A stretch of DNA of 64,000 nucleotides from Acidobacteriota bacterium. Its GTDB lineage: Bacteria > Acidobacteriota > UBA6911. Shown here piece by piece: positions 59,538 to 64,000 of this stretch. The stretch's first letter is position 1. The number at the start of each line of letters is the position of its first letter. The notes under the pieces are model-generated. The model ran no database searches. It was given only the letters and a program-made list of their open reading frames with translations, and had not been told where the DNA came from. The stretch is taken from the NCBI GenBank assembly GCA_035506515.1, contig DATJPG010000010.1, forward strand, positions 7,423-71,422, in the 5' to 3' direction. The position numbers and the translations under genes were made by a program.

Positions 59538-60499
59538 TGTTGTTTACGCAGCGTGACGCGGGCCGATCCGGCGCCCTGACCGATCGAATTGCCGGGACTG
59601 CAATTCGAGGCAGCGCCTTCGTGGCAATCCTGTCGCTTATCCTGATTTTCATCTTCATAGGCAAGGAAGCCCTCCCCATATTCACCTCGGCCGAGATACG
59701 GAAAGAAGCGAACCTGGGCAGGCTCTTCCTGCCCCGGGCGCCACGCGCGGGCGCGGACACGGAGCTTACATGGCAACCGGTATCGGAGAACCCAAAATAC
59801 TCGCTCCTGCCGCTCCTGGCCGGTACGCTGAAAGTGACCGTCATCGCCGTGATTATCGCGATTCCGCTAGCCGTACTAGCGGCTCTCTACACCGCTGAGT
59901 TCGCGCCTCCCTGGGCGCGGGAGACTGTCAAGCCCGCCATCGAACTCCTGGCCGGCATTCCGAGCGTTGTCGTCGGCTTTTTCTGCCTGATGGTGCTGGC
60001 CGGCTGGCTGCAGCGCACGTTTGGCTGGACCTTTCGCCTTAATGCGGTGACGGCAGGGATCGGGCTGAGTCTCGCGGTAATCCCGATCGTGTACACCGTT
60101 TGCGAAGACGCGTTTTCGTCAGTGCCGCAGACATTCCGCGAAGGCTCGATCGCCATGGGTGCTTCGTCGTGGCAGACCGCATCGCGCGTCGTGCTCCCCG
60201 CCGGAATGCCGGGGGTCCTTGCGGCGTGTGTCCTCGGCTTCGGCCGGGCCATCGGCGAGACGATGATCGTCCTCATGGCTTCGGGGAATGCGGCTATTCT
60301 TTCGCTTTCCCCCACGGATTCCATCCGCACTTTTTCCGCCACGATTGCGGCGGAGCTGGGCGAGGTTGTAGTCGGCAGTCCCCATTACCATGTGCTGTTT
60401 TTCATCGGGGCTTTTTTGTTCCTGATCACTTTCGTCATCAATCTGTTCGGCCATTGGTGGGTAGGCCGCCTTCAGAAAAGGCTACAGGGAGCGTCGTAA
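59537..60499 (+). CDS. pstC: Phosphate ABC transporter permease PstC
   Basis: GTG overlapping the pstS TAG (taGTG); six TM helices; EAA-like loop. Confidence 0.8.
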   Translation: MLFTQRDAGRSGALTDRIAGTAIRGSAFVAILSLILIFIFIGKEALPIFTSAEIRKEANLGRLFLPRAPRAGADTELTWQPVSENPKYSLLPLLAGTLKVTVIAVIIAIPLAVLAALYTAEFAPPWARETVKPAIELLAGIPSVVVGFFCLMVLAGWLQRTFGWTFRLNAVTAGIGLSLAVIPIVYTVCEDAFSSVPQTFREGSIAMGASSWQTASRVVLPAGMPGVLAACVLGFGRAIGETMIVLMASGNAAILSLSPTDSIRTFSATIAAELGEVVVGSPHYHVLFFIGAFLFLITFVINLFGHWWVGRLQKRLQGAS

Positions 60500-60503
60500 G
60501 AGA

Positions 60504-61412
60504 ATGATCGAGCGAAGCAGAGTGGTTGGCGGGCTGTTCCAGTTCTTCTGCATTGTCGCCTGCGCCCTCATCATCGTAATGCTGGTTGTGATTTTGGGGA
60601 ACATTGTCGCCAACGGAGCCGGCTCCATCACTCTAGGTTTCCTCACGAAAGCTCCGGAATCCGGCATGAAAAGCGGAGGCATTTTCCCCGCGATATTCGG
60701 CACATTTGCGCTGGTCGTTCTGATGACGATTGCCGTGATCCCGCTGGGCGTGGCGACTGCGATTTATATGCATGAATACGCGCCCAAGCGGTCGCGCATC
60801 GTGCACCTCGTCCGCCTTGCCATTCAGAACCTGGCCGGCGTGCCGGCGATCGTGTTCGGGCTTTTCGGGCTGGGATTCTTCATCGAGTTTGTCGGCCGGG
60901 GAATCGATAAGGCATTTTATGGAGGCAACCTCGTTTACGGGCAGCCGGCGATTGTCTGGGCGGCGCTGACGCTCGCGTTGCTGACGATGCCGACCGTCGT
61001 GGTGGCGACCGAAGAGGCGCTCCGCGCGATCCCACAGAGCTATCGCGAGGTGGCGTATTCGCTGGGAGCGACGCGCTGGCAGGTGATCCGGCGTGTGGTG
61101 CTGCCGCAGGCGGTGGGGGGGATTCTGACGGGCGGCATTCTCGCGGTGAGCCGTGGATCAGGCGAAGTCGCGCCGGTCATGTTTACGGGCGCAGCGTATT
61201 TTCTGCCGGAACTGCCGAAGCAACTGAACAATCAGTTCATGGAACTCGGCTATCACGTTTATGTGCTGACGACCCAGTCGCCGGATGTTGAAGCGACCAA
61301 GCCGATTCTATACGCGACGGTGCTGGTGCTTCTGTCGCTCACATTCCTGCTGAACTTCAGCGCGATCATGATCCGCGCGCAAATCCGTAAGCGGCTGCGC
61401 TATGGGCGTTAA
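60504..61412 (+). CDS. pstA: Phosphate ABC transporter permease PstA
   Basis: Permease with six TM helices, adjacent to pstC. Confidence 0.85.
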   Translation: MIERSRVVGGLFQFFCIVACALIIVMLVVILGNIVANGAGSITLGFLTKAPESGMKSGGIFPAIFGTFALVVLMTIAVIPLGVATAIYMHEYAPKRSRIVHLVRLAIQNLAGVPAIVFGLFGLGFFIEFVGRGIDKAFYGGNLVYGQPAIVWAALTLALLTMPTVVVATEEALRAIPQSYREVAYSLGATRWQVIRRVVLPQAVGGILTGGILAVSRGSGEVAPVMFTGAAYFLPELPKQLNNQFMELGYHVYVLTTQSPDVEATKPILYATVLVLLSLTFLLNFSAIMIRAQIRKRLRYGR

Positions 61413-61418
61413 TTTCCC

Positions 61419-61517
61419 AGTTTCGGTGACAGCTACCTTCATTCCCAATTTCAGATACGTTGGGGAAAAATCGCAAAGCTTGAGGAATTTGGAAATGAAG
61501 GTAGCGGTCACCAAAAG
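61419..61517. repeat. Palindromic intergenic repeat, copy D (more divergent)
   Basis: Arms AGTTTCGGTGACAGCTACCTTCATTCCC / GGAAATGAAGGTAGCGGTCACCAAAAGT. Core GGAAAAATCGCAAAGCTTGAGG. Confidence 0.7.
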
Positions 61518-61532
61518 TTTAGGAAGGCAATT

Positions 61533-62282
61533 GTGATTGAGGGCCAGGTGAAGGTTGAGGATCTGAAAGTCCATGTGAACGGGACGGAGATTCTGAAAGG
61601 TATCTGCCTGGAGGCCCGGCGCGGCGAAATCCTTTCGATTATCGGTCCGGCAGGTGCGGGCAAGACCACGTTCCTGCGCTGCCTGAACCGCATGGCGGAA
61701 CTTGATCTGGATTTCAAAATTTCCGGCAATATCCTGCTCGATGGGCAGTCCATTTACGATTCCGATGTCGCAATGCTCCGCCGCAAGGTCGGAATGGTTT
61801 TTTCGGTGCCGGTGCCTCTGCCGATGTCCGTTTACGAAAACCTGACCTTCGGCCTGCGGCTTTCATCCGGGTCCCGCAGGAGCTACGACGAGCGCGTGGA
61901 AAAAGCCTTGCGCGCGGCATATCTCTGGGACGAAATGAAGGACCGGCTGAAGGAGCCGGCGCGCAACCTTTCGGGAGGGCAGCAGCAGCGCCTGTGTCTG
62001 GCGCGCACGCTCGCGCTCGAGCCGCACGTGCTGTTGCTCGATGAGCCGTGTTCGGGCCTGGATCCGATCTCGACGGCGCGGATCGAAGAAGCGTTGAGGA
62101 GCTTGAAAACCAATCTGGCGATTATTTTGGTTACGAACAACGTCAAGCAGGCTGCCCGGGCGTCGGATCGAACGGCATTCTTCCTGTTCGGAGAACTGAT
62201 TGAGCTCGAGCCGATAGAAAAGCTGTTCACTACTCCGCGGGACCGGCGCACCGCGGACTACATATCGGGGCGATTCGGTTAA
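61533..62282 (+). CDS. pstB: Phosphate ABC transporter ATP-binding protein PstB (copy 1)
   Basis: Walker A GPAGAGKTT, signature LSGGQQQR, Walker B LLLDEP, C-terminal ...YISGRFG. GTG start with an AGGAAGG RBS. Confidence 0.85.
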   Translation: MIEGQVKVEDLKVHVNGTEILKGICLEARRGEILSIIGPAGAGKTTFLRCLNRMAELDLDFKISGNILLDGQSIYDSDVAMLRRKVGMVFSVPVPLPMSVYENLTFGLRLSSGSRRSYDERVEKALRAAYLWDEMKDRLKEPARNLSGGQQQRLCLARTLALEPHVLLLDEPCSGLDPISTARIEEALRSLKTNLAIILVTNNVKQAARASDRTAFFLFGELIELEPIEKLFTTPRDRRTADYISGRFG

Positions 62283-62285
62283 GAG

Positions 62286-62387
62286 GAATTTCGGTGACAG
62301 ACACCATAACTCCCCAATTCTCTAGAGATATAGGCTATCAGTCAGATCGCCTGAATTTGGGGGTTATGGCGTCTGTCACCGAAATTC
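62286..62387. repeat. Palindromic intergenic repeat, copy E
   Basis: Arms GAATTTCGGTGACAGACACCATAACTCCCC / GGGGGTTATGGCGTCTGTCACCGAAATTC. The arm variant matches copy A. Confidence 0.8.
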
Positions 62388-62400
62388 TACAGAGCTATTT

Positions 62401-63156
62401 ATGACGGCGAAAATTGAAACGAAGGGGCTGAATCTCTGGTATGGGAATTTTCACGCTCTGATGGATGTGAGCCTTTCCATCCGCCCGAGAGCCATTACCG
62501 CGATCATCGGTCCGTCCGGTTGTGGCAAGTCGACACTGCTGCGCGTCATCAATCGTATGAATGAAATCATCCCGAACGTCAAAGTCACGGGAGACGTCCT
62601 GCTCGACGGCAAATCCATTTATGACGGCGACATCAATCTGCGACAGCTGCGCAAACGCGTCGGCATGGTTTTCCAACGGCCCAATCCATTCCCGCTGTCC
62701 GTCTTCGAAAACGTCGCCTATGGTCCGAAGATTCACAGCCTGGCGAAGGGCGAAGAGCTAGCCATGCGCGTCGAAAGCAGCCTGCGCGCCACCGGCCTCT
62801 GGGATGAGCTGAAGAGCAAGCTCGGCGCTTCGGCTCTGTCGCTCACGCCCGAGCAGCAGCAACGCATCTGCATCTCGAGACTGCTTGCGGTCGAACCGGA
62901 AATCCTGCTGATGGACGAACCGGCGTCCGCGCTCGACCCGATCGCTACGGCGCGCATCGAAGAGCTGATGCTGGAACTCAAGGACAGATACACAATCCTC
63001 ATTGTCACGCACAACATGCAACAGGCGGCCCGCATTTCGGATGATACCGCGTTCATGCTGTTGGGAGAGCTGGTCGAAGTCGGAGAGACCCAAACCATTT
63101 TCACCAAAAACTCCGATCCGAGGACGGAGCAATACATATCGGGGAGGTTCGGTTAA
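62401..63156 (+). CDS. pstB: Phosphate ABC transporter ATP-binding protein PstB (copy 2)
   Basis: Walker A GPSGCGKST, LTPEQQQR, LLMDEP, C-terminal ...YISGRFG. Confidence 0.85.
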   Translation: MTAKIETKGLNLWYGNFHALMDVSLSIRPRAITAIIGPSGCGKSTLLRVINRMNEIIPNVKVTGDVLLDGKSIYDGDINLRQLRKRVGMVFQRPNPFPLSVFENVAYGPKIHSLAKGEELAMRVESSLRATGLWDELKSKLGASALSLTPEQQQRICISRLLAVEPEILLMDEPASALDPIATARIEELMLELKDRYTILIVTHNMQQAARISDDTAFMLLGELVEVGETQTIFTKNSDPRTEQYISGRFG

Positions 63157-63833
63157 TGCGCCACTTGGACGAAAAGATACAGGAGTTGCTTGAGAGGCTT
63201 CTCCTGATGGGCCGCCTGGCGGAATCGATGGTTCAGGCCGCGCTCAGGGTTCTGATTGAGCGCAACGAGTCGCTCGGCGCCGAAATTTATCGCAAAGAAG
63301 AGGAGGTGAACAACCTCCAGATTGAAATCGACGATAGCGCCGTCACGCTGACGGCGCTGCAGCAGCCGGTCGGCACGGACGTGCGTTTCCTGTTCATGGC
63401 CTCCCGCATCGCGACCGAGCTAGAGCGGATCGGCGACCAGGCGGTCAATATTATTCAAAATGCCAATCATGTGATCAAAGCACCGCCGCTCAAGCCGCTG
63501 GTGGACTTGCCGCTGATGGGGGAGATCGCGGAGCGGATGGTGCGTGACAGCCTGGAAGCGCTGGTTGAAAAGGACTGTTCTGCGGCGAACCGGGTGCTGG
63601 AAGAAGAGAAAAAGGTCGACGCATACCGCGACCAGATTTTCCGTGTTCTCCTGACCCACATGATGGCCGATCCCGGGACGATCGCACGCGCGCTCGCCTT
63701 GATCCTGATCTCGCGCAACCTCGAACGGGTGGGGGACCACGCCACGAATATCGCGGAAGAAGTCATTTACATGGTGGAAGGGCGGGAAGTGCGCCACCGC
63801 CACGAAAGCAGTACACGAACAACCACATCCTGA
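63156..63833 (+). CDS. phoU: Phosphate signalling complex protein PhoU
   Basis: Two PhoU repeats (E..D.VDAYRDQIFR; RIGDQAVNI / RVGDHATNIAE). Its ATG overlaps the pstB2 stop (TAATG). Confidence 0.9.
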   Translation: MRHLDEKIQELLERLLLMGRLAESMVQAALRVLIERNESLGAEIYRKEEEVNNLQIEIDDSAVTLTALQQPVGTDVRFLFMASRIATELERIGDQAVNIIQNANHVIKAPPLKPLVDLPLMGEIAERMVRDSLEALVEKDCSAANRVLEEEKKVDAYRDQIFRVLLTHMMADPGTIARALALILISRNLERVGDHATNIAEEVIYMVEGREVRHRHESSTRTTTS

Positions 63834-63840
63834 GCTCACT

Positions 63841-64000
63841 GTGTCCAAGGCAATTATTCTGGTCATCGATGACGAAGCGGATCTGATCGAGCTGGTCCGA
63901 TACAATCTCGAGCGGGAAGGGTACACCGTGATCGGTGCTTCGGACGGCGAATCCGGATTTGCTCGGGCCGTAACCGAGAAGCCCGATGCGATTGTCGTAG
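63841..64000 (+). CDS. phoB: Phosphate regulon response regulator (PhoB-like), N-terminal receiver domain only (truncated by window end)
   Basis: (M)SKAIILVIDDEADLIELVRYNLEREGYTV...PDAIVV; GTG start. Confidence 0.65.
   Translation, partial: MSKAIILVIDDEADLIELVRYNLEREGYTVIGASDGESGFARAVTEKPDAIVV

Overview
This 64-kb window appears to come from a bacterial chromosome of about 55–58% GC, most plausibly an Acidobacteriota-like organism. That guess rests on the complete PEP-CTERM/exosortase A machinery, a GWxTD-type domain, a possible selenoprotein and very large TPR proteins; it is inference from sequence only.

The window has three main parts:
- **1–34.1 kb:** one large exopolysaccharide biosynthesis and export locus of the PEP-CTERM/exosortase type. 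Its minus-strand biosynthetic arm holds an outer-membrane export set (a Wzz/EpsF-like chain-length protein, a Wza-like exporter, an outer-membrane beta-barrel) and a low-molecular-weight tyrosine phosphatase. The same arm encodes an ATP-grasp enzyme, two polysaccharide deacetylases, three GT4 and two GT2 glycosyltransferases, an APH-like kinase, a DUF362 protein and a secreted FN3-containing protein. It also carries a CapK/PaaK-like ligase, a Wzy-like polymerase, a Wzx flippase and an acetyltransferase. A divergent plus-strand arm encodes prsK-prsR-xrtA(epsH)-epsI-prsT-epsB.
- **34.4–50.9 kb:** a mixed region with a small AT-rich segment (excisionase-family HTH protein, Yip1-like membrane protein) and a Prx5-type peroxiredoxin gene. 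In that gene an in-frame TGA sits exactly at the catalytic cysteine position and is followed by a hairpin, so it is a candidate selenoprotein. The region also carries a BlaI/BlaR1-like pair whose M56 sensor ends in a GWxTD domain, a macro-domain protein, a GH27 alpha-galactosidase, a solitary xanthine-dehydrogenase-family Mo subunit, and a bactofilin with neighbouring M48 protease and SPFH genes.
- **51–64 kb:** a housekeeping stretch with an S1-domain protein, tRNA-Gly(GCC), yraN, cysS, an ArnT-like GT39 gene, groES-groEL with a CIRCE operator, and pstS-pstC-pstA-pstB1-pstB2-phoU-phoB. This stretch is interspersed with five copies of a roughly 100-nt palindromic intergenic repeat family.
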